Of a DNA stretch of 32,000 nucleotides, positions 1 to 9,026 are shown piece by piece. Every line of letters begins with the position of its first letter. Position 1 is the first letter of the stretch. This DNA is from Candidatus Fokinia solitaria (GTDB lineage: Bacteria > Pseudomonadota > Alphaproteobacteria > Rickettsiales > Midichloriaceae): the NCBI RefSeq assembly GCF_003072485.1, contig NZ_CP025989.1, forward strand, positions 300,001 to 332,000. Direction: 5' to 3'. A model generated the notes under the pieces. It had not been told where the DNA came from. It did not search any database and was given only the letters and a program-made list of their open reading frames with translations. The translations under genes and the position numbers were made by a program.

Positions 1-1224
1 CTTGCTGCAGAGATAATACGTATGTTCGATGAGTGGAAAAGAAAGAAAAACACTTTGCAAGATCTTAATACACAAAAGAATGAAATAGCCTCTCAGATTG
101 CCATTATTAAGAGAACTAGTGCAGATTATAAGAAAGAGGAAATGCTTACAAAAAGTGCTGAAAGTATTAGAGCTTTGATAGTAGAAGCTTCGGCAGCAGT
201 AACGGAAGAAGAGAGTAAATTTAAGGCGTTTCTTTCAAAGATTCCTAACATATTAGATAGTAGAGTGCCGGAGGGAAACGGAGAGGATGATAATGTTGTG
301 ATTAGGGAAGTAGGAGAGAAAAGGCATTTTTCTTTTAAGCCTATTCAGCATTTTGAGATAGGTGAAAATCTACATAGTATGAATTTTGAAAAAGCTGCAG
401 AGATTTCAGGCTCTAGATTTGTTCATCTTTATGGTGATTTAGCTGTTCTTGAGAGAGCATTGGCTAATTTTATGTTAGATCATCATAGAAAAAATAGCTT
501 TTTAGAAATATCAGTACCAGTGCTTGTGAAAGAAGAGGCTATGTTTAATGCGGGCCAGCTGCCGAAATTTGATAATGAGTCTTTTAAATGTGATTCTTCG
601 TATAGGCTGATACCTACAGCTGAAGTACCGTTGGTAAATTTACTATCGAATTGCAATGTAGATATAACATCTTTGCCGAAACGCTTTATGAGTCATACTC
701 AATGCTTTCGTTCAGAAGCAGGCAGTGCAGGAAAAGATACTAGAGGTATGATTAGAGTGCATCAGTTTTCGAAGGTAGAATTAGTTACCGTAACTACTGA
801 AGATACGAGTGAATTTGAACATCAATATATGCTTAATAGCATAGAGACGTTGATGCAATCTTTAGGCTTTCACTATAGAGTAGTTTTGTTATGTAGTGGC
901 GATATAGGCTTCACTTCAGCGCTGACATACGATATAGAAGTATGGCTTCCAGGGCAGCAAAAGTATAGAGAGATATCAAGCTGTTCTAATTGCATGGATT
1001 TTCAAGCAAGAAGGATGCTTGGAAGATACTTCGTCAAAGACAATAATCAGAAGAAAGTTTACACATTCTTGCATACTTTAAATGGTTCTGGTGTAGCTGT
1101 AGGGAGGGCTTTGGTAGCTGTACTTGAGAATTATCAAAATGAAGATGGCACAGTAGATGTACCGGAAGTGCTTATACCTTATTGCAATGGACTGAAAAAG
1201 ATTGTTCCAAATAAAATTTTCTAA
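1..1224 (+). CDS. serS: Seryl-tRNA synthetase, 5' end truncated by window edge
   Basis: Class II aaRS core including 'TAEVPLVNLLSNCNVD', 'FRSEAGSAGKDTRGMIRVHQFSKVE' and 'EISSCSNCMDFQARRM'. The frame stays open upstream of the listed ATG at 22 to base 1 (LAAEIIR-MFDEW), so the true start is outside the window. Confidence 0.96.
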   Translation, partial: LAAEIIRMFDEWKRKKNTLQDLNTQKNEIASQIAIIKRTSADYKKEEMLTKSAESIRALIVEASAAVTEEESKFKAFLSKIPNILDSRVPEGNGEDDNVVIREVGEKRHFSFKPIQHFEIGENLHSMNFEKAAEISGSRFVHLYGDLAVLERALANFMLDHHRKNSFLEISVPVLVKEEAMFNAGQLPKFDNESFKCDSSYRLIPTAEVPLVNLLSNCNVDITSLPKRFMSHTQCFRSEAGSAGKDTRGMIRVHQFSKVELVTVTTEDTSEFEHQYMLNSIETLMQSLGFHYRVVLLCSGDIGFTSALTYDIEVWLPGQQKYREISSCSNCMDFQARRMLGRYFVKDNNQKKVYTFLHTLNGSGVAVGRALVAVLENYQNEDGTVDVPEVLIPYCNGLKKIVPNKIF

Positions 1225-1374
1225 AAAAATACTCCCGCATTAGAGATATATGGCATAAATTTTGCATATCGATGCGATGTTGCTGCAAAATGCGAGGATA
1301 TTGTAGTTGTATCTTGCTATTATGCGCGTGATAAATATTGCACTAAATTCATTATGAATTTCTAACTTCTTAGG

Positions 1375-1980
1375 ATGGATAATAGTTGTATAGACTATAG
1401 ATTACCGACTACATTAGTAACTAAAACGACTAAATGCGTCGAGTATATTAATGCTACACATCAGATGTTAAGAAGTGATATCAATGATACAACGTTTGTA
1501 CACTCCAGAATGCGATACATCATAACGCCATTTTTAATAAATCGCGAAAGTGTCGAGCAGTTGTTATCTTTCTTCCGAGTATGTAAAGGTAGTTTATATG
1601 CATTTCGATTTAAAGATATTTCTGACTATAAAGTAGAGAGAGAAGTAATGACATGCTCTGATGAGAAGAGAAAAGAATACTATGCTAAGAAACGGTATCA
1701 CGTCAATCGCACTTATTTTGAATTCAGACATATTAAAAAGATTGTACATGGTACGGTAGATGTGTTTATGAATCACGAGAAAGTAGATCCGAAAATGTAT
1801 GAAGTAAATCACGATAATGGAATGATCTACTTTTATGATTCAGTAATGGATAATGTATCGATTACTTGCTCGTTTGAATTTGATGTCTTAGTAAGATTTG
1901 CACAAGATTCTTTGCATATAGAGATGCATAATCCTACGAAATTTCATTGTGATAATATTGAATTAATTGAAGTAAAATGA
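1375..1980 (+). CDS. GTA/phage protein of the DUF2460 (TIGR02217-like, gene transfer agent gp12-type) family
   Basis: Protein pattern 'ATHQMLRSDINDTTFVHSRMRYIITPFLINRESVEQLLSFFRVCKGSLYAFRFKDISDY...VNHDNGMIYF' matches the RcGTA ORF12-like layout (insert and F-R-x-x-D-x-x-D/F features). It is translationally coupled (ATGA overlap) to the next ORF. Confidence 0.75.
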   Translation: MDNSCIDYRLPTTLVTKTTKCVEYINATHQMLRSDINDTTFVHSRMRYIITPFLINRESVEQLLSFFRVCKGSLYAFRFKDISDYKVEREVMTCSDEKRKEYYAKKRYHVNRTYFEFRHIKKIVHGTVDVFMNHEKVDPKMYEVNHDNGMIYFYDSVMDNVSITCSFEFDVLVRFAQDSLHIEMHNPTKFHCDNIELIEVK

Positions 1981-2840
1981 AATATATTGCCAACTTAAAT
2001 ACGTTATGCTTCAAGATAGTTTTACGTAATGAAGCAGTACTAGGCTTTACAAATTGCGATCAAGATATTGAGATTGACGATATTGTATATCAGAAAAATA
2101 GCGTAAGAAATATAAGCAAAATTGTAAAAACTTCAGATTTAGCAGATGAAGAAGTGAGTTTAGATATAAAATTACCACACCATTTACTGGATGTACTAGA
2201 TGTAATGGATGAGGTATATGATGGAAGTACATGTTCTTTATTTTCCATACAGTTAGAAAGCACTAGTATAAAGTATAAAGTTAATAAAATATTATACTGT
2301 GGTACAGTACAGAATATAACGCTAAGTGAAGAATGGAGTACTGTAGAGATAGCAAGTCTCAAAGAATTTCTCAGAAAAGCATCTACAGATGCGTATTCTA
2401 CAACATGTAGAGCGAGTTTTTGTGATAGTTTATGCGGAAAGGATAAAGATCTTTATACGGTAAAAGATATTCGTGTTGAAGGTATTGAGCGTAATAATAG
2501 AATACGTTGCACTAGTATAAGGAGGCGATTCGATGCTCTTTGCGAAGAAAACGCCAAAATTGATAGTATTCAATACCGCATATTATTACATTACGGAAAT
2601 ATTACATTCCGTCGTATGATACTGTCAAAAGAGATGCGCTTCACAGTGCAAATAATAGCTTTTCGAGAACCAACAGAAGGGTTATGTACTATAGAATTAG
2701 CACAGAGGATACCATCTTTTATTACACAATCTGATACTTTTGATTTAATGGTCGGTTGTAATAAAATAATACATATGTGCCAAACGATATATCAGAATAG
2801 GCTAAATTTTAGAGGAGAACCTCAACTGCCAAATTACTAA
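1977..2840 (+). CDS. GTA/phage protein of the DUF2163 / phage BR0599-like (gene transfer agent gp13-type) family
   Basis: Contains 'LCFKIVLRNEAVLGFTNCDQDIEIDDIVYQ', 'DLADEEVSLDI..' and a Cys-rich 'TTCRASFCDSLCGKDKDLYTV' segment typical of the family. It directly follows the DUF2460-type gene, as in GTA clusters. Confidence 0.75.
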   Translation: MKYIANLNTLCFKIVLRNEAVLGFTNCDQDIEIDDIVYQKNSVRNISKIVKTSDLADEEVSLDIKLPHHLLDVLDVMDEVYDGSTCSLFSIQLESTSIKYKVNKILYCGTVQNITLSEEWSTVEIASLKEFLRKASTDAYSTTCRASFCDSLCGKDKDLYTVKDIRVEGIERNNRIRCTSIRRRFDALCEENAKIDSIQYRILLHYGNITFRRMILSKEMRFTVQIIAFREPTEGLCTIELAQRIPSFITQSDTFDLMVGCNKIIHMCQTIYQNRLNFRGEPQLPNY

Positions 2841-2847
2841 CTAGTGC

Positions 2848-2889
2848 AATGCACATCACCATGAGAATGGAGATGTGCATTTTCTTTTC
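2848..2889 (+). terminator. Rho-independent terminator after the GTA-like gene pair
   Basis: Perfect 10-bp inverted repeat AATGCACATC (2848-2857) / GATGTGCATT (2872-2881), followed by TTCTTTT. Confidence 0.7.
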
Positions 2890-2900
2890 AGAGATGAGAT

Positions 2901-3374
2901 TTACTTGTTGTTTACTACACCTCTTCTATTTTGTGCTCTGCCTTCAGGTGTGCTGTTATCAGCAACAGGTACAGAATTACCATAGCTTACTATAGTCAGT
3001 CTTTCGGAAGAAATACCTCCTTTTGAAGTGAGATATTGTTTTATACTATTAGCACGTCTTTCACCGAGACCGATGTTGTACTTCTCTGTGCCAATTGAAT
3101 CGGTATGACCTTCTATTACTACAGAAGCTTTAGGATACTTCTTCAAGAGGTCAGATACTTGATCAAGTTTTTGTTTATCTGCAGCGTCTAAGCTATATTT
3201 GTCGAAATCGAAATATACGATATTCGCATGAGATTTTAACAGTGCTTGAGCGAGTTCTCCATCAGAAGATGTGAGAGCCGCAGCATCTTCTAAAGTTGGA
3301 ACTTCCGTTTTACATCCTGCACAAGCGGTGAGCGATAAAGCTGCAACGCCGAAAATAAATAGTTTCTTTAACAT
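2901..3374 (-). CDS. pal: Peptidoglycan-associated lipoprotein (OmpA-family C-terminal domain)
   Basis: Signal peptide with lipobox 'LTAC'; OmpA-like core 'VYFDFDKYSL...VVIEGHTDSIGTEKYNIGLGERRANSIKQYL...ISYGNSVPV'; Pal-like 'AQNRRGVV'. Confidence 0.93.
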   Translation of the reverse strand: MLKKLFIFGVAALSLTACAGCKTEVPTLEDAAALTSSDGELAQALLKSHANIVYFDFDKYSLDAADKQKLDQVSDLLKKYPKASVVIEGHTDSIGTEKYNIGLGERRANSIKQYLTSKGGISSERLTIVSYGNSVPVADNSTPEGRAQNRRGVVNNK

Positions 3375-3402
3375 GATAAGATAAAAGTTATTAAAAAGTT
3401 AA

Positions 3403-3678
3403 TTATTCATTAATTATGTCTTGGAGAGCTTTTCCAGGAGCAAATTTTACGCGATGCATTGAAGGAATCTCCATTGCTTCGCCAGTTCTAGGATTGTTCA
3501 CCATACGACTTTTGGAAAATTTTACGAAGAATGAACCAAATCCAAGCATTTTTACTTCTTCTTTCCGTTTTAAAGCATCCTTCCATATATCCAATAACGA
3601 ATCCAAGAATGCGCTAGCTTGTACTTTCGTTATGTTGTTAGCAGAGGCTAATTCTGCAATAAGATCAGTCTTATTCAC
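3403..3678 (-). CDS. HU/IHF-family DNA-binding protein
   Basis: 'MNKTDLIAELASANNITKVQASAFLDSLLDIWKDALKRKEEVKMLGFGSFFV...NPRTGEAMEIPSMHRVKFAPGKALQDIIN' is a typical HU family sequence. Confidence 0.93.
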   Translation of the reverse strand: MNKTDLIAELASANNITKVQASAFLDSLLDIWKDALKRKEEVKMLGFGSFFVKFSKSRMVNNPRTGEAMEIPSMHRVKFAPGKALQDIINE

Positions 3679-3928
3679 TATACGTATCTTACAAAAATTT
3701 TACATAGACAAGAGGTGAAGCAAAGCTTATTCTCGTCATACAACTATATGTTAAAATATATTTAAAGACAAAACAATAGGTAAATAGGGATATTCAGTAG
3801 AAAGAGTAAAAGATTTTGACGAATATCAGCATTACAGCTTAAATATATAGTTATAATAAAATGTTTAATGATAACTTATCTTAAATTTCTTCAATAAAGT
3901 AAATGCTAACACAATCAGTATTGTCCAT

Positions 3929-5902
3929 ATGCTATCTATAGCTTCATATGTAAAGAATCAATCGTTGAGATTCAAGATTTTATTGATGGTAATAGGTGGT
4001 GTTTTGACGACGATAGTACTTTCTAGTGTTTTAGGTAGTGCATATTACTATCTCGGAGTAGAGAAATATTTTGAAACTCAAATCAAGAATAGCATACGTA
4101 GAACAACGGAAGTATCGCAACTCTATTTGAATGAGCATGTCAAAACAATAAAAGTTGATGCTTTAATGGCTTCTGTAGAGATTGAGAAGTATTTTACGAA
4201 GCTGACGATAGATCGAGAATATGGCACTAAAGTGTTGGATTTTATAGCGAATATGCAGAATCTATCGGATATTATGATATTTAATGCGGAGCAGACGATA
4301 TTACAAACTTCTTGGAGTATTTTTACTATCTTTTTAGATCCAGCATTGTTGCGAGAAGCTTTACCAACGGTGGATAAAGGAGAGATATTTGTATATAAGA
4401 GCAAAGTCGAGAATAAAGTTCATGCAATTGTCAAATTACATACTCAATATGATTTTTTACCACTGTACGTCATTATAAGCAGATATATAGATCCAGAGAT
4501 TGTGAAGCATTTAGACGATACGAAGCTATCTACAGCAGTGTATGAGGAATCTATCGCGCATATGAGAAGTATAAGGATGAGAGTTCTATTTACATTCATC
4601 ATAGGATCATTGCTGATATTATTTATCACTTTTTTTGTGGCAAGTAAGTTATCCTATCTCATCATAGATCCGCTATCTTCGTTAATAAAAGCGACTAGAT
4701 CAATAAAGAAAGGAGATTATAATTTTATTCTGCCAAAAGTGAAATATGGTGGAGAATTATATGCTTTATCAAAAGCTTTTAGCAGTATGTCGGAGAAAAT
4801 AGCGGCACAGCATAAAATACTTATTGATGTGAATAATGCTTTAGAAGCTAGGAAAAAATTTACGGAAACTATAATTGCAGAGATGTTATCTGGTATTATA
4901 GTACTCAATGATGAGAACGAGGTGCTAGTATGTAACAATGCTGCGCGTACTATTTTATGTATAGTAGATCTTGCTAAGTCGTGTAGTGATATATTTCCTG
5001 AAATATCTGAATTACTTTTAGCTGTACGTACTAGAGAAAAATCAGATAAAGAGCGTATGGACTCTCATTATATCAATATTATAAGAAATGGCGATACTAA
5101 AAATTTATTGGTGAAGCTATGCTATATCCGTGAAAATGAAAAATTGGAGAACATTATCATAGCTTTAGAAGATATTACGGAAGTGAATTTAGTGAATAAA
5201 TTGAAGGCTTGGAGTGAAGTTGCTAAAAGAGTTGCACATGAAATAAAAAATCCTCTTACTCCTATACAACTTGCAATAGAGCATATTGAAGCAACTTTGA
5301 TTGATAAACTACCTGAAGAAGAGCAGCGTACCCTTAAAAAATATGTCAATATTATATCGTCTAAGATTGAAGATATTAAGAAAATGCTTATGCAATTTCT
5401 CAGCGCAAGAGTATCGAAAGCCAAATTAATACCATGTAATATTTACGATATATGTAATGAAGTAATGATCTTAGAGCAGAAAGCGAATGCGGATGTGATA
5501 TACGAATTACGAACTACTGATACGCAAATAAATGTGGATTGTGATAGAAATCAGATCCATCAAGTGATGATGAATCTCTTGCAAAATGCTGCAAATGCTA
5601 TGTCTAGTGCGGAGAGTGGTAGAGTGCAAAAGCGTATTCATATTTCGATTACTCATGAGTACGAATATGCTGTAATATCGGTAGAAGATAATGGAAATGG
5701 TATTTTATTTGATGAGATTGGTAATCCAGCGGCAAAGAGTAAAAAAGGATTTGGACTTGGATTATCAATAGTTAGATCGATAATAGTAGAACATAATGGA
5801 GTATTTAATATTGCAAATAATAGTAATGGTTATGGTACTATAGCAATTTTTAAGCTACTCTGTAGTAAAGCTGATGCACTTGGTGCGTATGATAATCAGT
5901 AA
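3929..5902 (+). CDS. ntrY: NtrY-like membrane sensor histidine kinase (TM-HAMP-PAS-HisKA-HATPase)
   Basis: N-terminal TM helices, HAMP-like 'SSLIKATRSIKKGDYNFIL', PAS-like segment, H-box 'AKRVAHEIKNPLTPIQLAIEHIE', N-box 'QVMMNLLQNAANAM', G-boxes 'VEDNGNGI' and 'KKGFGLGLSIVRSIIVEHNG'. Confidence 0.9.
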   Translation: MLSIASYVKNQSLRFKILLMVIGGVLTTIVLSSVLGSAYYYLGVEKYFETQIKNSIRRTTEVSQLYLNEHVKTIKVDALMASVEIEKYFTKLTIDREYGTKVLDFIANMQNLSDIMIFNAEQTILQTSWSIFTIFLDPALLREALPTVDKGEIFVYKSKVENKVHAIVKLHTQYDFLPLYVIISRYIDPEIVKHLDDTKLSTAVYEESIAHMRSIRMRVLFTFIIGSLLILFITFFVASKLSYLIIDPLSSLIKATRSIKKGDYNFILPKVKYGGELYALSKAFSSMSEKIAAQHKILIDVNNALEARKKFTETIIAEMLSGIIVLNDENEVLVCNNAARTILCIVDLAKSCSDIFPEISELLLAVRTREKSDKERMDSHYINIIRNGDTKNLLVKLCYIRENEKLENIIIALEDITEVNLVNKLKAWSEVAKRVAHEIKNPLTPIQLAIEHIEATLIDKLPEEEQRTLKKYVNIISSKIEDIKKMLMQFLSARVSKAKLIPCNIYDICNEVMILEQKANADVIYELRTTDTQINVDCDRNQIHQVMMNLLQNAANAMSSAESGRVQKRIHISITHEYEYAVISVEDNGNGILFDEIGNPAAKSKKGFGLGLSIVRSIIVEHNGVFNIANNSNGYGTIAIFKLLCSKADALGAYDNQ

Positions 5903-5904
5903 AT

Positions 5905-6882
5905 ATGAAGCGAGAAATAGTAATATCCATAATACTGCATTGCATATGTATCATGGCGGTGAGTTTCTTTTCTTTACTAAGTATTAATGAAGAAAAGCGA
6001 ATACAAAGTACTACGATGAAAATGAGCATTGCGCAGGTAATGGCAAAGCAGGAAGAGCCAAATAGTACTCCAATAGAGTTTGATAAAGTATATCAAAGCG
6101 TCGAAGAGCGCACCTTCAGTCAAAGTGTTGAAGAGCATACCTTTAGTAAGGTACAGGAACACATAGAAAATACGAAACCTCAAGAACCAGAAGTTATCGA
6201 TGAAGTGAAGCAATTACCTGAGGAAAAAATAGTCAAGAAACGTGATGTAGATGCGGTAAAAAAGAGTGAGAAATCACAGAAAAAAGCAGAAAGTAAAAAG
6301 CCGTTAAAGAAAGAGCAGAAAAATGATCAAAACGTATCTAAGAAAAAGAAAACGGAAGACACAAAGAAAAGTATGAAGAAGGAAAGCATAAAGAAAGGCC
6401 AAAAGAAGGAAGATGCTAAGAAAAATATAAAGAAGGAGGATATTAAGAAAAGTGCGGCTAAAGGAAAGAGCGATGACAAGAAAGATGGTAGTAAAAAGGA
6501 TACAAAAAATATCAAGAAAAATAACAGTAACGGAATAAATAATACGAGTGAGGAGCGTGGTTTTGCCAAAGAAGGAGTATCAGATGAAGAGAAAAAAGCC
6601 ATTATAGATCAGATTAGTGAGTATTATTACTTAGATTATCATCACGCTACCGATGTAATGTATGTTAAAATCCGCTTCAAAGTCTCTAAAAGTGGCAATA
6701 TATACGATATTAAAGTAATGGAACGTAAAGGAGTTGAGAATAACGCATATAAGAAATTTGTCACTAATGCTATTTTAACGCTTGAGAATGCATCTCCATT
6801 GCTGAAATTGCCTGCAGTTACTAAGTATGATGAGTGGAAGGAAATAGTAATTGAATTCGACTCTTCAGGTAAGATTGGCTAG
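5905..6882 (+). CDS. tolA: TolA/TonB-like energy-transducing protein
   Basis: Short cytoplasmic N-terminus and single TM (MKREIVISIILHCICIMAVSFFSLL), long Lys/Glu/Asp-rich periplasmic spacer, C-terminal TolA/TonB-like domain ('YMYVKIRFKVSKSGNIYDIKVMERKG...NAYKKFVTNAILTLENASPLLKLP'). Confidence 0.75.
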   Translation: MKREIVISIILHCICIMAVSFFSLLSINEEKRIQSTTMKMSIAQVMAKQEEPNSTPIEFDKVYQSVEERTFSQSVEEHTFSKVQEHIENTKPQEPEVIDEVKQLPEEKIVKKRDVDAVKKSEKSQKKAESKKPLKKEQKNDQNVSKKKKTEDTKKSMKKESIKKGQKKEDAKKNIKKEDIKKSAAKGKSDDKKDGSKKDTKNIKKNNSNGINNTSEERGFAKEGVSDEEKKAIIDQISEYYYLDYHHATDVMYVKIRFKVSKSGNIYDIKVMERKGVENNAYKKFVTNAILTLENASPLLKLPAVTKYDEWKEIVIEFDSSGKIG

Positions 6883-7031
6883 CTTACACTATCTGACGTA
6901 ACAAGTTATCATGCTTACCAATATACGGTAATTTTCTTAGCATGCGCATTATACATTAGTTAGCGTACGACGAAGATATTTCATCTTCATTTCTGCGCTT
7001 CTATTTCTACTTTATGCGACTGACCAAAACT

Positions 7032-8279
7032 CTATATAGCAGCTAGATGTAGCCAAAATGAAGCTAAAGAAGCTGTGCTTAACGTACATAATATAGCAGC
7101 TACCAGTGCTTTTAATATAAATCCTGTTACTTCATCCTTTCTGTTTGGAAGGTAGTTAGCGTATATAACGACCATCAAACTTGTACTGCCAATATTAGCG
7201 AAATTGGAACATGCATAAATGAGTGTGACTATTGTATTATGCGATATTACGTCTCGGTATAGAAGAATGTCATTAAGCGCTAAAAGTTCATTAAGCGCAA
7301 TTTTTGTACCGATAATGCCAGCAGCTGTAGAGCACTCTGATGCAGGAATGCCAAGAAGAAATGCAATAGGCATGAAGACGAAGCCTAGTATTTTCTGAAT
7401 AGTAAGACTATACCCTAAAGAGGTTGAAAGTGTATTTATGAGTTCATTTAATAAAGATATTAGCGCTACCATACCTATAATTATTGCAATGATTGCAACA
7501 CAAGTTTTAGCGCCATCTATTATACCGTCCTGTACTACATTCATGATGTTAGTGCTGTCAGTACTTCTTATATGTTGAGGTTTAAAAGTCAGATCTGCGT
7601 GATATGGTATCATCATTCTTCCAATTGTGATTACTGCAGGAGATGATATCACTATAGAAGATAGTATATGCGTGATTGCGCTTTCTACTACAGCTGAAAG
7701 CATGCTATCGTATACCGCTATGATAGCTACCGATGAAAAAGCTAAGCCTGCAACGCACATTGTAAAAAGTTCACCTCTAGACAATGAAGCAAGGTACGGC
7801 CTGTTCATCATTGCGGAGAAATTTTTATCTGTAAGCAAAGTAGCCGCTACACCCATTGATAATACCGTCGGTATCCTCATAACGCTTTTGTAAAAGATAG
7901 ATAAAAGCATCATGATCTTTTGCAATATACCTAAGTGAAGAAGAATGGAACAGAGAGTTGAGACGACGATCAAAGAAGGCAAGCCGTGTAAAGCAAGGAC
8001 GAATCCAAAGTTATTCTTTTGCGGCTCAAGCGCTAATTCTCCAAATACTGTAGCCACACCGACATTAGTAGCTCTTGTAATTACTTCAAAGCTATCACTG
8101 AGAAATTTAAAGAACGATATTATAGATGGAACTTTCATCACTAAGAATGACAATCCTATTTGCACTGCCATGCCGAGTACAATGATATTCAATTTGACTG
8201 ATTTTTTATCGGTACTAGAAAGAAATGCGCCGAGATATATCAGAATAAAGAGTATTAGCGGTAATAAAAGTTGATGCAT
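7032..8279 (-). CDS. Concentrative nucleoside transporter (NupC/CNT family)
   Basis: Multi-TM protein with CNT-like segments 'FGFVLALHGLPSLIVVSTLCSILLHLGILQKIM', 'FLLGIPASECSTAAGIIGTKIALNELLALNDI' and 'LIYACSNFANIGSTSLMV'. Confidence 0.85.
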   Translation of the reverse strand: MHQLLLPLILFILIYLGAFLSSTDKKSVKLNIIVLGMAVQIGLSFLVMKVPSIISFFKFLSDSFEVITRATNVGVATVFGELALEPQKNNFGFVLALHGLPSLIVVSTLCSILLHLGILQKIMMLLSIFYKSVMRIPTVLSMGVAATLLTDKNFSAMMNRPYLASLSRGELFTMCVAGLAFSSVAIIAVYDSMLSAVVESAITHILSSIVISSPAVITIGRMMIPYHADLTFKPQHIRSTDSTNIMNVVQDGIIDGAKTCVAIIAIIIGMVALISLLNELINTLSTSLGYSLTIQKILGFVFMPIAFLLGIPASECSTAAGIIGTKIALNELLALNDILLYRDVISHNTIVTLIYACSNFANIGSTSLMVVIYANYLPNRKDEVTGFILKALVAAILCTLSTASLASFWLHLAAI

Positions 8280-8281
8280 GA

Positions 8282-8950
8282 CTACGAAATGGAAGAATGT
8301 AATGCTGTTGTTTGTACATAGTTACTCTTAGAGAGAGTTAATATGCTTTTTATTTTTTCTTCTATGATATTTACTGCTACCTCATTTTTTCCTCCATGAG
8401 GGACTATGATATCCGCATACGTTTTAGATGGTTGTACATACTTCAAGAACATAGGTCTTGTACTTTCTTGGTATTGTTTTATTGTCCCCTCTGCAGTTCG
8501 TCCACGTTCCTGAATATCTCTTACTATTCTTCTTGAGAGACATATATCAAGAGGAGTATCTATGTATATGCTAATGTCCAGCATATTTCTTAACTCTTCG
8601 TCATACAATAGCAGAATGCCTTCTACTATCAGTACGGAACATGCGCAAATCAACTTAGTAGTCGTGGCACGAGTACTTCGTACGTAATCGTATGTAGGTG
8701 CTTCGATGGAAAATCCATCTCTAAGCTGCATTATGTGCTCGACGAGTAAATTATGTTCGAATGCGGCTGGATGATCATAATTTGTTCTCTTTCTTTCTTC
8801 CAACGAGAGATGATCTTGAGAACGGTAGTACATATCCTCCGATATTATACTTACGTCAGAGGAATGAAAATTTTTAATGATAGTAGAGGCGAAAAGGCTT
8901 TTTCCACTGCCTGATGCACCAGAAATTCCTATTACAACACATTTCTTCAT
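8282..8950 (-). CDS. udk: Uridine kinase
   Basis: 'VVIGISGASGSGKSLFASTI' P-loop; 'NYDHPAAFEHNLLVEHIMQLRDG', 'PTYDYVRSTR', 'LIVEGILLL', 'IYIDTPLDICLSRRIVRDIQERGR'. The start is placed at the internal Met (MKKCVVIG) instead of the ORF-track start at 9001. Confidence 0.93.
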   Translation of the reverse strand: MKKCVVIGISGASGSGKSLFASTIIKNFHSSDVSIISEDMYYRSQDHLSLEERKRTNYDHPAAFEHNLLVEHIMQLRDGFSIEAPTYDYVRSTRATTTKLICACSVLIVEGILLLYDEELRNMLDISIYIDTPLDICLSRRIVRDIQERGRTAEGTIKQYQESTRPMFLKYVQPSKTYADIIVPHGGKNEVAVNIIEEKIKSILTLSKSNYVQTTALHSSIS

Positions 8951-9026
8951 AAGAGAGTAGAAGATTTTGGAGATCCTAACGAGTAGAAGGTTATATGTCA
9001 ATAGTATTACTTCTATAAAGTATAGT

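Noticed and set aside
22-1224. serS as an N-terminally truncated or pseudogene copy
   Set aside because: The frame is open to base 1, so the shortened N-terminus is explained by the window boundary.
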